Shown: positions 25,399-40,827 of the stretch, one piece after another
Position numbering within the stretch: position 1 is the stretch's first letter
Layout: each line of letters starts with the position of its first letter
Assembly (NCBI GenBank): GCA_038087875.1
Contig: CM075996.1
Span: 10,294,001 to 10,358,000 of the forward strand
From: Malacoraja senta
Taxonomy: Eukaryota
Length of the DNA stretch: 64,000 nucleotides
Direction of reading: 5' to 3'
Made by a program: the position numbers and the translations under genes
The notes under the pieces: model-generated
The model's database searches: none
What the model saw: the letters and a program-made list of their open reading frames with translations, nothing else
What the model was told of the DNA's origin: nothing

Positions 25399-26021
25399 CC
25401 ATTCACACAAGTTCTGTTATCCCTCTTTCCTCACCCACTCCCTACACATTCGGGGCAATTTTACAGAGACAAGTTAAACTACAAAGCCAATGCGTCTTTG
25501 GGATGTGGGAGGAAACCCACATGCTTGCAGGGAGAATGTGCAAATTCAACACAGACTGTGCCCAAGGACAGGATCAAACACAGATCTCTGGCGTGTGAGG
25601 CAGCAAGTCTACAGTTGTGCCACTATATCTTGTTTTCCAACACACAACAAATTATACGTGATAACTTTGGTTAAAAGTGCCAGAGACCCGGAATTGATCC
25701 TGAATATGGGTGCTGTGTATGGAGTTTGTTCCTTTTCCTTTGATCACATGGGTTTTCTCCGGGGTCTTGTTTCCTTCCGCATTCCAAAGGTGTGCAGGAA
25801 CCTATTACAGACCCAACCCAAAATGTAATATTTTCCTTTTGTCCAGAGATTCTGTCTGACCTGTTGAGTTACTCCAGCTTTTTGTGTCTATCTTCGTTTA
25901 AACCAGCATCTGCAGTTCCTTCCTACACACACGATACTATCCGATATAAATTTATTAATCCAGGAGGGAAATTGTGTGTATGTGTGGGTATATATCACAC
26001 ACGCACACACACACACAGTTA

Positions 26022-27943
<1,922 letters not shown>

Positions 27944-28030
27944 CTAGACCAAGTGCAGACCCGTAGGGTCTGTTCCTCCAAAGCACGGTTGCGGGGTGGG
28001 AATCTGGCACCCACAAACACACACACTCAT
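27944..28030 (-). mobile_element. 3' end of a second Helitron-like copy, abutting the first
   Basis: ctagaccaagtgcagaccc-gta-gggtctg, with a perfect 7-bp stem. Confidence 0.65.
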
Positions 28031-28105
28031 CACATCCCTTGATTATTATCTTAATGTTATTAATTGGCTTCTTTTATCCCATCTCCACCCTATCCACTGA
28101 CGAAT

Positions 28106-28305
28106 NNNNNNNNNNNNNNNNNNNNNNNNNNNNNNNNNNNNNNNNNNNNNNNNNNNNNNNNNNNNNNNNNNNNNNNNNNNNNNNNNNNNNNNNNNNNNNN
28201 NNNNNNNNNNNNNNNNNNNNNNNNNNNNNNNNNNNNNNNNNNNNNNNNNNNNNNNNNNNNNNNNNNNNNNNNNNNNNNNNNNNNNNNNNNNNNNNNNNNN
28301 NNNNN
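28106..28305. other. Assembly gap (200 N)
   Basis: Run of N. Confidence 1.
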
Positions 28306-31150
28306 TGGAAGGCCGCAGAGCCCGGAGAATGTGATCCGAAAATTGATCACATCTCCGGGAAGATAAGAACCTGAAAAAAAGTTTCCCCCGATCTCCTCCC
28401 CCCTCCTCCTACATAAAACAAACCGAAGTACATTAAAACAAACTTTTAACAAACGCTAAAAATAACAAAAAGATTAAAAAACGAACAGGGCTGCCATCTC
28501 CCCGGCGCCCCTGGTGGTCATTCAATGCTTTCTCCCCATATCCATTGATTCCATTGGCCCTGAGCTATATGTAACTCTCTGAGATTGGGGTTGAAAGGGA
28601 CATATGGGACGGGAATGGGTGATGAGCCTTTACTTGGACAGAGGGGGAAATAGTGAATAGGATGGTGGTAAATGGGAGAAAGATGTATACGCACAGGGAA
28701 GCAAGGAAATGGCGGATGAACTATCGCAGGTTCTATCACAACGTTTAAGAAACATTAGGACATGTACATGGATAGGACAGGTTTAGAGGGATATGGGCCA
28801 AATGCAGGCAAGTGGGACTTGTGTAGATGGGACACACGATGGTCAGTGTGGGCAGGTTGGGTCAAAGAGCCTATTTCCATGCTCTGTGACTCAATAACTA
28901 AATATGTTTTTTGCATCGGTCGTCACAGTGGGAAACACCGGCAATGTGAGAGAGTCATTGGACAGAAATTGGACACCGAAGAGAGTCATTGGACAGAAAT
29001 GAGTGTAGTCGCTATTACTAAGGAGAAGGTGCTTGGGAAGTTGAAAGGGCTGAAGGTGGATAAGTCACCTGGACCAGATGGACTGTACCCCAGGGTTGGG
29101 AAAGAGGTAGCTGTAGAGATAGTGGAGGCATTGGTAGTGATCTTTCAAGAATCACTAGCAGCTCCACAGCTACTCCTCTGTGCTGCCCCTGTGTTACTTC
29201 ATCTTCAACATCTTCAAGATGATAATATTTTCAGATCATTCCAGTCTCTTATTTTAGTGCACCAGTGTAAAACTCCTGACAATGCTATTTTAATCCCATC
29301 CAATTAACATGCTAAATACTGTGTTCAATAGCTGCGGAAATATTTCCATATATGGACATTTTGTTCCCTTACAGGATGATGGGCTCATGTGATATACCTA
29401 TTTCACATAAACCCAATCCTACTGAAATAGGATTAGAAAAGTTAAAAAATGTACCGATGCTGGAAATCGGAAATAAAAAAAACAGAAACTGTTGGAAATA
29501 CTCCGCAGGTCAGGCAGCATCTGCGGAGAGAGAAACAGAATTAACATTGCAGATTGGTGTGTCTGTCTGACCTGCTGAGTGATTCCAGCGTTTTCTGCCT
29601 TTATTGCAAAAATAAGTCTAGTTGGCTTAAAATCTTTCATTAGGTATGTAGGTGACGCAGCGGTAGAATTCCTGCTTTACAGTGCTTACAGCACCAGAGA
29701 CCCGGGTTCGATTCTGATAATGGGTGCTGCCTGTATGGAGTTTGTACGTTCTCCATGTGACCGCGTGGGTTTTCTCAGAGTTCTTTGGTTACTGCTCACA
29801 CTCCAAAGATGTACAGGTTTGTAAGTTAATTGGCTTGGTAGAAATGTTACAATCGTCCCTAGTGTGTGTAGCATGGTGTTAATGTGCGGGGATCGCTGGT
29901 CGGTGCTGTGTGAGTAGTCCTTGATTATGTTGAACTGTAATTGTAATTGTAATTAAATTATGTATGTAGAAACATACGTAAGTATGTAAAAACATACAAG
30001 GAATTTGATTTGCCATCCAGTTATACCAAAGAAGCAGCAAGATACACAACTACATAAAAATCAACATTATCATCCACCATATATCCCCACTGTGGTGGAA
30101 GTATTATCTTCTTCCCTCCTTTTCTCCCACGGTCAGGGCAGTCGAAACATCCGCAGTCGGGCCGATCGTAGTTCCCGCTTCCGGGCGGTCGAAGCTTCCA
30201 CGGTCGGGACGGTCGAAGCTCCTGCGGTTGGAGCTCCCAAAGTCGATCCCTAACCATGGGACCACGACCTCCACGATGCTAAGTCCGCAGGCTCCCGCGG
30301 TTGGAGCTCCCGAAGCCGGGCCCTGACAAAGGGACCGCCAGCTCCACGATGTTAGGTAGCAGTGCAGACGGGGATACGATAGGGGAAAAGTTGCATCTTC
30401 GTCGAGGAATGAGATTTAAAACAGCCCCCCCCAATATAATACCAAACTAAAGCACAAGGAACTGCAGATGTTGGTTTACAAGGGAAGACACAAAGTGCTG
30501 GAGTAACTCAGCATGTCAGGCAACATCTCTGGAGAACATATATAGGTGACATTTCAGCTCGGGAGCCTTCTTGATGAAGTTGGCTGCTTTCTCGAGGCAG
30601 TGTGAAGTAATTGATGGTGTGGAGTCTGGTCTGTGATGGATTAAATTGTGTCCACAACTCTCTGCAATTTCTTGGGGCCTTGGGCAGGGCTAGGGTTGGC
30701 ACGGTGGCGCAGCGGTAGAGTTCCTGCCTCACGGAGTTTGTACGTTCTCCCCGTGACCTCGTGGGTTTTCCCCGGGTGCTCCGGTTTCTTCCCGCACTCC
30801 AAAGACATACAGGTTTGTAGGTTAATTGTCTTTGGTAAAAAGTGTAACTTGTCCCTAGTGTGTAGGATAGTGCTGGTGTACGGGGATCGCTGGTCGGTGT
30901 GGACTCAGTGGATTGAAGGGCCTGTTTCCGTGCTGTATCTCTAAACTAAACTAAACTAAGCTGTTGCCAAACCAATCTGAGATGCTTTCTGTGGAAATTG
31001 GTCTGTGGAGAAAGGTACATGGATAGGACAGGTTTAGAGTGATATGGGCCAAACACAGGCAGGTGGGATTTGTGTATATGGAGAATGTTGGGCAGCGTGG
31101 ACAAGTTAGGCCGAAGTATCTTTCCACACTGTATGACTCTATGGTCAGAA

Positions 31151-31457
31151 GCGGCACGGTGGCACAGCGGTAGAGTTGGGCCTCACAGCGCCAGAGACCC
31201 GGTTTCGATCCTGACTCCGGGTGCTGTCTGTACGGAGTTTGTGCGTTCTCCCCGTGACCTGCGTGGGTTTTCTCCGGGTGCTCCGGTTTCCTCCCGCACT
31301 CCAAAGGTGTGCAGGTTTGTAGGTTGATTGGCTTGGTATAAATGTAAAAATTGCCCCAAGTGTGCGTGGGATAGTGTTAATGTGTGGGGATCACTGGTCG
31401 GTGCGGACTCAGTGGGTCGAAGGGCCTGTTTCCGTGCTGTATCTCTAAACTAAAACT
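31151..31457 (+). mobile_element. Full-length tRNA-derived V-SINE (HE1-like); representative of ~20 copies (e.g. 29651-29905, 30698-30958, 46158-46475, 51962-52225 and 58180-58455 on plus; 32395-32658, 41207-41470, 43670-43960 and 61315-61605 on minus)
   Basis: Pol III A/B boxes; central ggagtttgt.cgttctccccgtg...ccggtttcctccc domain; CR1-like 3' tail ending (ctaaa)n. Confidence 0.88.
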
Positions 31458-31869
31458 ACAAAAGAAGCATTGGTACCTTGCCAAATTGACATTGTCTTGT
31501 GGGGAAGTAGAGGCATTGATGTGCTTTCTTGATCGTAGTGGGATCAATTCCAATAAAATAGGTTATTTTCAGAGCCACTATCAGTAACCAGGGAGATGAT
31601 TCATGGTTTAGTGTGTTCATTCAGAGGGATATTTATAAATGTAGCAAGCTTATTGAAAAGAAAGTGATGCTTTTTTTAAAGGGGGAGCAATATTTACTTG
31701 CTTATATGAACATACTGGATCCATATTGCAATGTTTTTTTAGTTTAGTTTAGAGATACAGCTGGGAAACAGGCCCTTCGGCCCACCAGGTCCACACCGAC
31801 CGCATATTAACACTATCCTACACCCACTAGGAACAATTTACATTTACCAAGCCAATTTACCTACAAACC

Positions 31870-32312
31870 TGAGGTACACAAAAATGCTGGAGAAACTCAG
31901 CGGGTGCAGCAGCATCTATGGAGCGAAGGAAATAGGCAAAGTTTCGGGCCGAATCCCTTCTTCAGACTGATAGGGGGTGGGGAGAAGAAAGGAAAAAAGG
32001 AAAAAGGCGGAGGAGTAGCCTGAGGGCTGGGGGAGGGGAGGAGACAACCAGAGGGCTGATGAAGGGGAGGGGACAGCAAGGGCTAGCAGAATTGGGAGAA
32101 TTCAATGTTCAAGCCCCCAGGATGTAGACTGCCCAAGCGGAATATGAGGTGCATTTCCTCCAATTTACGGTGTTGCTCGCTGTGGCCATGGAGGAGACCC
32201 AGGACAGAGAGGTCAGATACGGAATGGGAGGGGGAGTTGAAGTGCTGAGCCACCGGGAGGTCAAGTTGGTTATTGCGGACCGACCGGAGGTGTTCGGCGA
32301 AACGATCGCCAA
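31870..32312 (-). mobile_element. Penelope-like 3' fragment
   Basis: LGDRFAEHLRSVRNNQLDLPVAQHFNS...LIFRLGSLHPGGLNIEF. Confidence 0.85.
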
Positions 32313-32797
32313 GGTCTCCGGTGCTGCACGCGCTGTAAGGCAGCAATTCTACCGCTGCTCCACCGTGCCGCAAATGGTTCATTGATTGAAAGATACAACA
32401 TAGAAACAGGCCCTTCGGCCCATCACGTTAATGCCAACCTTCGATCATGCAGTTCTATGTTATCCCATTTTCTCATCCACTCCCAACACACTAGGGGCAA
32501 TTTACAGAGGTCAATTAACCTGCAGACCCGCACGTCTTTGGAGTGTGGTCATAGGAAGAACGTACCAACTCCATACAGACAGCACCCGTAGTCAGGATGG
32601 AACCCGTGTCTCTGGCGCTGAGAGGCAGCAACTCTACCGCTGCTCCACCGTGCTGCCCTTGATGACGTTTGCAAACTGCTGGGCAGTTTTGATCTATGCA
32701 GCACATTTTTAGTAACTGTGATTGTGTAATAATTGCTCCTTGTTACAAAAAAAACAGTGAGCAATCATCGCAATTCTCTTTGCACTCGTAACACCAG

Positions 32798-32893
32798 GTC
32801 CGGAAAGAGATGGAGTCGAACAATATTGAGTACTACCCACAGCGGGAATTTGATGAGGACATGGAGGATAAGACGGAGAATGACAAGATCAGG
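32798..32893 (+). CDS. SEPTIN3: Septin-3-like coding exon (96 bp)
   Basis: caccag|...|gtgagt; VRKEMESNNIEYYPQREFDEDMEDKTENDKIR. Confidence 0.92.
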
Positions 32894-33024
32894 GTGAGTG
32901 GGAATCCAACAGTACGTACCAATCAGGTAAACATTCAACCCTACTTCCCCAGATGCTCACAGGTAGCAACTGCATTGTTGGAAGCACGTGTCAAGTTGCA
33001 AGGAACTTAATATACTGTGGAGGT

Positions 33025-34935
33025 TTAGACAATAGACAACAGGTGCAGGAGTAGGCCATTCGGCCCTTCGAGCCAGCACCGCCATTCAATGTGATCATGG
33101 CTGATCATCCCCAATCAGTACCCCGTTCCTGCCTTCTCCCCATATCCCCTGACTCCGCTATCTTTAAGAGCCCTAGCTCTCTCTTTAAAGCATCCAGAGA
33201 ACCTGCCTTCTCTGAGGCAGAGAATTCCACAGACTCACCACTGTGAGAAAAAGTGTTTCCTCGTCTCCGTTCTAAATGGCTTACTCCTTATTCTTAAACT
33301 GTGGCCCCTGGTTCTGGACTCCCCCAACATCGGGAACATGTTTCCTGCCTCTAGCGTGTCCAAACCCTTAACAATCTTATATGTTTCAATGAGATATCCT
33401 CTCATCATTCTAAACTACAGAGTGTACAAGCCCAGCTGCTCCATTCTCTCAGCATATGACAGTCCCGCCATCCCGGGAAATAACCTTGTAAACCTACGCT
33501 GCACTCCCTCAATAGCAAGAATGTCCTTCCTCAAATTAGGGGACCAAAACTGCACACAATACTCCAGATGTGGTCTCACTTGGGCTCTGTACAACTGCAG
33601 GACATCTTTGCTCCTATATTCGATTCCTCTTGTTATAAAGGCCAACATGCCATTCGCTTTCTTCACTGCCTGCTGTACCTGCATGCTTACTTTCATAGAC
33701 TGATGTACAAGGACCCCCAGATCCCGTTGTACTTCCCCTTTTCCCAACTTGACGCCATTTAGATAGTAATCTGCCTTCCTGTTTTTGCTACCAAAGTGGA
33801 TAACCTCACATTTATCCCCATTAAACTTCATCTGCCATGCATCTGCTCACTCCCCCAACCTGTCCAAGTCACCCTGCATTCTCATAGCATCCTCCTCACA
33901 GTTCACACTGCCACCCAGCTTTGTGTCATCTGCAAATTTGCTAATGTTACTTTGAATCCCTTCATCCAAATCATTGATGTAAATTGTAAATAGCTGCGGT
34001 CCCAACACCGAGCCTTGCGGTACCCCACTAGTCACTGCCTGCCATTCTGAAAGGGACCTGTTAATCCCTACTCTTTGTTTCCTGCCTGCCAACCACTTCT
34101 CTATCCATGTCAGCACTCTAAACCCAATACCATGTGCCCTCATTTTGCCCACTAATCTCCTATGTGGGACCTTATCAAATGCTTTCTGAAAGTCCAGGAA
34201 CACTACATCCACTGGCTCTCCCTTGTACACTATCCTAATTACATCTTCAAAAAATTCCAGAAGATTAGTCAAGCATGATATCCCCTTCGTAAATCCATGC
34301 TGACTCGGACCGATCCTGTTACTGCTATCCAAATGTGCGGCTATCTCATCTTTTATAATTGACTCCAGCATCTTCCCCACCACCGATGTCAGGCTAACTG
34401 GTCTATAATTCCCTGTTTTCTCTCTCTCGCCTTTCTTCAAAAGTAGGATAACATTAGTTAGCCTCCAATCCACAGGAACTGATCCTGAGTCTATAGAACA
34501 TTGGAAAATTATCACCAATGCATCCACGATTTCTAGAGCCACTTCCTTAAGTACCCTGGGATGCAGACCATCAGGCCCTGGGGATTTATCAGCCTTCAGT
34601 CCCATCAGTTTATCCAACATCATTTCCTGCCTAATGTGGATTGCCTTCAGTTCCTCCGTCACCCCAGATCCTCTGGCCACTGCTATATCAGGAAGATTGT
34701 TTGTGTCCTCCTTAGTGAAGACAGATCCAAAGTACCTGTTCAACTCATCTGCCATTTCCTTTTTCCCCCTAATAAATTCACCTTTTTCGGTCTTCAAGGG
34801 TCCAACTTTGGTCTTAACTAATTTTTTCCTCTTCACATACCTAAAGAAGCATTTACTATCCTGCTTTATATTCTTGGCTAGCTTACCTTCGTACCTCATC
34901 TTTTCTCCCTGTATTGTCTTTTTGGTTATCTTCTG
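33025..34935 (-). mobile_element. CR1 LINE, 5'-truncated, fairly intact RT, in a septin intron
   Basis: ORFs 33847-34899 (350 aa [33 protein letters not shown]) and 33415-33831; 3' tail. Confidence 0.95.
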
Positions 34936-35077
34936 TTGTTTTTGGTTATCTTGTGTTGTTTTTGGTTATCTTGTGTTGTTTTTGGTTATCTTCTGTTGTT
35001 TTGGGTTATCTTCTGTTGTTTTGGGTTATCTTCTGTTGTTTTGGGTTATCTTCTGTTGTTTTGGGTTATCTTCTGTT
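34918..35077. repeat. 20-bp tandem repeat (ttttggttatcttctgttgt) x ~8
   Basis: Direct inspection. Confidence 0.95.
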
Positions 35078-36069
35078 TAGTTTCAGAGATACTGCATGGG
35101 AGAAGGCCCTTCGGCCCATCGAGTCCATGCCAACCATCGCCCGTTCACACTGTTTCTATGCTATCCCACTTTCTCATCCACTCCCAACACACCAGGGGCA
35201 TTTTACAGAGGGCCAATTAACCAACAAACCCGCACGTCTTTGGGACGTGGTCACAGGGAGGCAGCATAGTGGTGCAGCGATAGGGTTGCTGCCTCACAGA
35301 GCCAGAGACCCGGGTTCGATCCTGACCACGGGTGCTGTCTGTGTGGAGTTTGCATGTTTTCCCTGTGACCGCATGGGTTTTCTTTGGGTGCTCTGATTTC
35401 TTCCAACATTCCAAAGATGCACAGGCCTGTAGGTTACTTGGCCTGTAAAATTGTCCCTGGTGTCTAAGATAGAACTAGTGTATGGAAGATAGACACAAAA
35501 TGCTGGAGTAACTCAGCGGGACAGGCAACATCTCTTGAGAGAAAGAATGGGTGACGTTTCGGGTCGAGACTCATGTCAGGGGAGTGAGCAGCACATTGAT
35601 AAGGGAGTGTATAGATATGGAAGTGTAAGGTGTGAAAACAGGACAAAGGGAATAGAGACCAAGGAAAATCAGTGTTAGTTGGGAGAAGGTAACAACAAAG
35701 CAGAGATAGAATGTAGTCAGAGACAGTAAGACTGGTCGGAGAACTGGGAAGGGGGATGGGATGGAGAGAGAGGGAAAGCAAGGGCTACTTGAAGTTAGAG
35801 AAGTCAATGTTCATGCCGCTGGGGTGTAAGCTACCCAAGTGAAATATGAGGTGTGTATGGATGAGTTGGTCGGCATGAACCCGGTGGGCCGAATGGCCTA
35901 TTTCCATGCTGTATCTCTAAACTAAATCTGCATAGTCCAAGCCCAAGATCAGGATCGAGCGAGGGTCTCTGGCGCTGTGAAGCAGCAGATCTACTCGCTG
36001 TGCCACCGCGCCGCCCTTCCTGGTGAAAGTCCCCGCGTGAAGCAGGAGGCGGGCAGACAGCAACACTGC

Positions 36070-36560
36070 CTGACATGGATCATGTCCATCCTCTTCGCTG
36101 CCGTGTGCCGGGGCAGCGGGGCGAAGGCTGCGGATGCCAACAGCATCAACAAGCTCATCAGGAAGGCTGGCTCCGTCCTGGGGGTGGAGTTGGATTGATG
36201 GGAGGTGATCTTGGAGGGGAGGATGCTCCTCAAACTGCGGAGCATCCTGGACAATACAGCTCACCCCCTCCATGACACACTGGTCAACCTGAGGAGCACC
36301 TTCAGCAACAGACTGGTTCCACCAAGATGCAGCACAACGCCACAGGAGATCCCTGTGGCTATCAAACTGTACAACTCCCCCCCCTTCTGTCGTGGGGTAG
36401 ACTGAGACTGACTACCCCCCACCCCAAAAATCTTGGCACATCCCCAATCCTGGACTTTCCACTCGTCACTTTAACTTTGTGTTTCATGTATGTTGTTGTA
36501 TGTATGTTCATGTATGACGGTTGGCAGACTAATTTCCCTCCTGGGATAAATAGAGTTGGG
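36070..36560 (+). mobile_element. Rex1/Babar-like LINE 3' fragment (related pieces at ~52990-53445 minus and 58530-58890 plus)
   Basis: INKLIRKAGSVLG...ILDNTAHPLH...PVAIKLYNS. Confidence 0.75.
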
Positions 36561-36594
36561 TGGTATTGTAATGTTGTTATTCTCCGCCCTGCAG

Positions 36595-36691
36595 GAAACC
36601 ATGCCCTTTGCCATCATCGGCAGTGACACGGAATATCAAATAAACGGGAAAAGAGTCCTGGGGAGGAAAACCCCCTGGGGGATCATTGAAG
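36595..36691 (+). CDS. SEPTIN3: Septin-3-like coding exon (97 bp)
   Basis: ctgcag|...|gtgagt; ETMPFAIIGSDTEYQINGKRVLGRKTPWGIIE (septin unique element). Confidence 0.95.
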
Positions 36692-38658
36692 GTGAGTGGT
36701 GTGGAGCGATGGGCTTCCAGCGTCTTTGGAACATATCGTGTCACTGATAGAATAATTTAGTTTAGAGATACAGCACGGGAACAGGTCTTTCAGCCCACCG
36801 AGTCCACTCCGACCAGCGATCCCCACACACTAACATACAGGTACATTGGTTTGGTATCAATGTAAATTGTCCCTAGTGTGTGTAGGATAGTGTTAATGTG
36901 CGGGGATCGATGGTCAGTGTGGACTCGGTGTGCCTAATGGCCTGTTTCCGTGGCGTATCTCTAAACTACATTAAACTAAACCAAGGTAGACAAAAATGCT
37001 GGAGAAACTCAGTGAGTGAGGCAGTATCTATGGAGCGAAGGAAATAGGCAACGTTTCGGGCCGGTTTCCGCCCGAAACGTTACCCATTTCCTTCGCTCCA
37101 TAGATGCTGCCTCACCCGCTGAGTTTCTCCAGCATTTTTGTCTACCTTCGATTTTCCAGCATCTGCAGTTCCTTCTTAAACTAAACCAAACTTAGTTCTA
37201 CACACACCGGGAACAATTTACAATTTTACCGAAGCCAATTAACCTACAAACCTACGTCTTTGGAGTGTGAGAAGAAACCAGAGCACCCGGAGAAAACCCA
37301 CGCGGTCACGGGGTGAATGTACAAACTCCGTACAGACAGCACCTATAGTCAGGATGGAACCCGGGTCTATGGCGCTGTGAGGCCACAACGTCTCATTTCC
37401 CTCACCCCCTCCCCCAGTGCTACCTATTCAAACCTCTCACAATGTTATGTACTTCTGTCAGGTTTCCTCTCATCCTCTGGCAATCCAGGGAAAGCAACCC
37501 TTGTCTCTCCAGCCTCTCCCTCTGGCTAATGTCCCTTCATCCAGGCATCATTCAGGAGAGGGAAAGATAGATCAGCCATGATTGAATGGTGGAGTAGACT
37601 CGATGGGCCGAATGGCCTAATTCTGCCCCTACGACTAATGAACTTATGGGTCTGAAGACCCATATTGACCCATAGTTACATTGAGCAGATTTGGGGCTCC
37701 AGAGTCTGAACACAAAATGCTGGAGTAACTAACTCAGTGGCTCAGACAGCATCTCTGGAGAAAAGGGATGGGTGAGGTTTTGGGTCGGGACTGCAAAAGT
37801 CAGGCGTGCCCTAGGCAGTTCTGGGAGTCAGACAACCCCCTCATTTAGTGCCACACGTTTTAACATCATTTCCCGAGCTCAGCAGATTCACATCTCTTGT
37901 TCCAGGTTTAAGCTTCAATCACTTTCAGCCTTTGTATCAAATCCCAACAGGAGAAATAGAATTGTCCTCCATGGGTGTGTGAGCATGTTCAACGCTTCTG
38001 TCTGGGAAGGAGCTACAGTCTGAAGAAGGGTCTCAACCCCAAACGTCACCTATTCCTTTTCTCCAGAGATGCTGCCTGTCCCCCTGAGTTGCTCCAGCTT
38101 TATGTGTCTATCTGTGGTGTAAACCAGCATCTGCAGTTCGTTCCTACACAGTATCTCTGGAGGGCATGGATTGGCAACATTATGGGATCTTCAGTGTCTG
38201 AGGAAGTGTCCCGACCCGAAACGTTGTCTGTCAACGCCCTCCATAGATTCTGCCTGACCCACTGAAGTCCTCCAACACTGTGCTTTATTTAAGCTACACT
38301 GTATCACCTGCCTCACCATCCTTGTCTTAACAATGAATATAAGTATATATGAAATAAGTATATGTAAATATGTAATTATATATTGTCTATATAAACCCCC
38401 CGCGTGTATTCACCTCACCATGGAACACACTACACACTGTGTACACACCACTCACACACTACACACTGTGTGTACACACCCCTCACACGGGGGTACACAC
38501 ACATGGACACATCATGTAGACACACATATCACACAGTACACATGAATGGACACGCCCCTCACACGGGGGTACACACACATGGACACGCCGTCCCGCTACA
38601 CTGCGATCTCTCCGAAGATGCTGCCTCATCCTGACCTGCTTTTGCCCTTTCCATCCAG

Positions 38659-38710
38659 TTGAGAACGTCACTCACTGCGAGTTTCCTCTTCTCCGGGACC
38701 TCATCGTCAG
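38659..38710 (+). CDS. SEPTIN3: Septin-3-like coding exon (52 bp)
   Basis: atccag|...|gtaact; (V)ENVTHCEFPLLRDLIV(R); phases match both neighbouring exons. Confidence 0.93.
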
Positions 38711-38784
38711 GTAACTATGGCGTACACGCATAAACCCCTCTCTGCATCGCCCACCTGCACGAAACCTACCCTGCCCACTGTATT

Positions 38785-38847
38785 TTCCCTCTGTCTCTCT
38801 CTCTCTCCGTCTCTCTCTCTCCGTCTCTCTCTCTCTCTCTCTCTCAC

Positions 38848-38917
<70 letters not shown>

Positions 38918-39137
38918 GTCTCTCTCTCTTTCTCTCTCTCTCTGTCTGTCTGTCTCTCTCTGTCTCTCTGTCTGTCTGTGTGTGTCTCTCTCTCTATCTA
39001 TCTCTGTCTCTCTGTCTCTCTCTGTTTCTCTCTGTCCCTCTCTCTCTCTCTGTCTCTCTATCTGTCTCTCTTTCTGTCTGTCTCTCTCTCTCTCTGTGCC
39101 TCTCTCTCTCTCTTAGGTCTCTCTCTCTCTTTGTTTG

Positions 39138-39169
<32 letters not shown>

Positions 39170-39746
39170 TATATCTCTGTCTCTCTATCCCTCTCTGTCT
39201 CCCTCTCTGTCTCCCTCTCTGTCTCACTCTCTGTCACTCTCTGTCTCTCTCTCTCTCTCTCTCGCTGTCTGTCTCTCTCTGTCTGTCTCTCTCTGATGCT
39301 CCCTCTGTCACTCTCTGTCACTCTGTCTCTCTGTCTCTCTCTCTCTCTTTCTCGCTGTCTCTCTCTGTCTTTCTCTCTGTCTGTCTCTGTCTGTCTCTCT
39401 GTATCTCTGTCTCTCTGTCTGTCTCTGTGTCTGTCTGTCTCTCACTCTCTCTGTCACTCTCTCTCACTGTCACTCTCTGTCTCTCTCTCTCTATCTCTCT
39501 CTCTGTCTGTCTCTCTGTGTCTCTGTCTGTCTCTCTGTCTGTCTCTCCCTCTCTCTGTCACTCTCTGTCACTCTCTGTCTCACTCTCTGTCTCTCTCTGT
39601 CTCTCTCTGTCTCTCTCTGTCTCACTCTCTGTCTCACTCTCTGTCTCACTCTCTGTCTCTCTCTGTCTCTCTCTGTCTCTCTCTGTCTCACTCTCTGTCT
39701 CTCTCTGTCTCTCTCTCTGTCTCACTCTCTGTCTCTCTCTGTCTCT
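38785..39746. repeat. (CT)n/(CTGT)n microsatellite, ~1 kb
   Basis: Direct inspection. Confidence 0.97.
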
Positions 39747-40756
39747 AAGCTGGATTGTTTTCTCTGGAATGCCAGAGACTGAGGGGAAACCTATGAGATG
39801 CGTAGATAGGGTGGACAGTCAGAACCTTGTTCCCAGGGTGGAAATGTCAAAGACTGGAGGACATATCGAGAGGGGCAAAGTTTAAAGGAGATGTGCGGGC
39901 AAGATATTTAGAGAGGGTGGTGGGTGCCTGGAACGTGCTGCCAGGGGTGGTGGTGGAGGCAGATATGACAGTGGCGTTTAAGAGGCTTTTAGATAGGTAC
40001 ACGGAAATACAGGGAATGGAGGGGTCAGGATCGTGAGCAGGCAGTGATTAGTTGAAGGAAGGGTTAGTCTGAGGAAGGGTTTCGGCCCGAAACGTTGCCT
40101 ATTTCCTTCGCTCCATAGATGCTGCTGCACCCGCTGAGTTTCTCCAGCATTTTTGTGTACCTAGTGATTAGTTGAACTTGGCTTCATGTTCGGCATGGAC
40201 ATTGAGGAAGGATGTGCTGGCTCTGGAGAGGGTCCAGAGGAGGTTTACAAGAATGATCCCAGGAATGAGTAGGTTAATATATGATGAGCGTTTGACGTCA
40301 CTGGGCCGATATTCACTGGAGTTTAGAAGAACGAGGGGGGACATCATTGAAATGTACAGAACAGTGCTTGGATAGAGTGGATGTGGAGAGAATGTTTCCA
40401 CTAGCGGGAGAGTCTAGGACTAGAGATCACAGCCTCAGAATTAAAGGACGTTCATTTAGGAAGGAGATGTGGAGGAATTTCTTTAGTCAGAAGGCGGTGA
40501 ATCTGTGGAATTCTTTGCCACAGAAGGCTGTGGAGGCAGTCAGTGGTTATATTTAAGGCAGAGATAGATAGATTCTTGTTCAGTACGGGTGTCAGAGGTT
40601 ATGGGGAGAAGGCAGGAGAATGGGGTTCGGAGGGAGAGATAGATCAGCCATGATTGAATGGAGTAGACCTGATGGGCCGAAGGGCCTTATTCTAATCTTC
40701 ATGATCTTGTGGGCTGAAGGGCCCATCCCTGTGCTGTTCACCTGTGTATGATGCCG

Positions 40757-40797
<41 letters not shown>

Positions 40798-40827
40798 TGC
40801 ATCCCTCTGCGCTGCCCACATCTCCAG

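Noticed and set aside
34918..35077. CRISPR-like array
   Set aside because: No spacers, eukaryotic context, and the unit derives from CR1
38717..39885. 343-aa and 301-aa Ser/Leu ORFs
   Set aside because: Translations of a (CT)n microsatellite inside a septin intron
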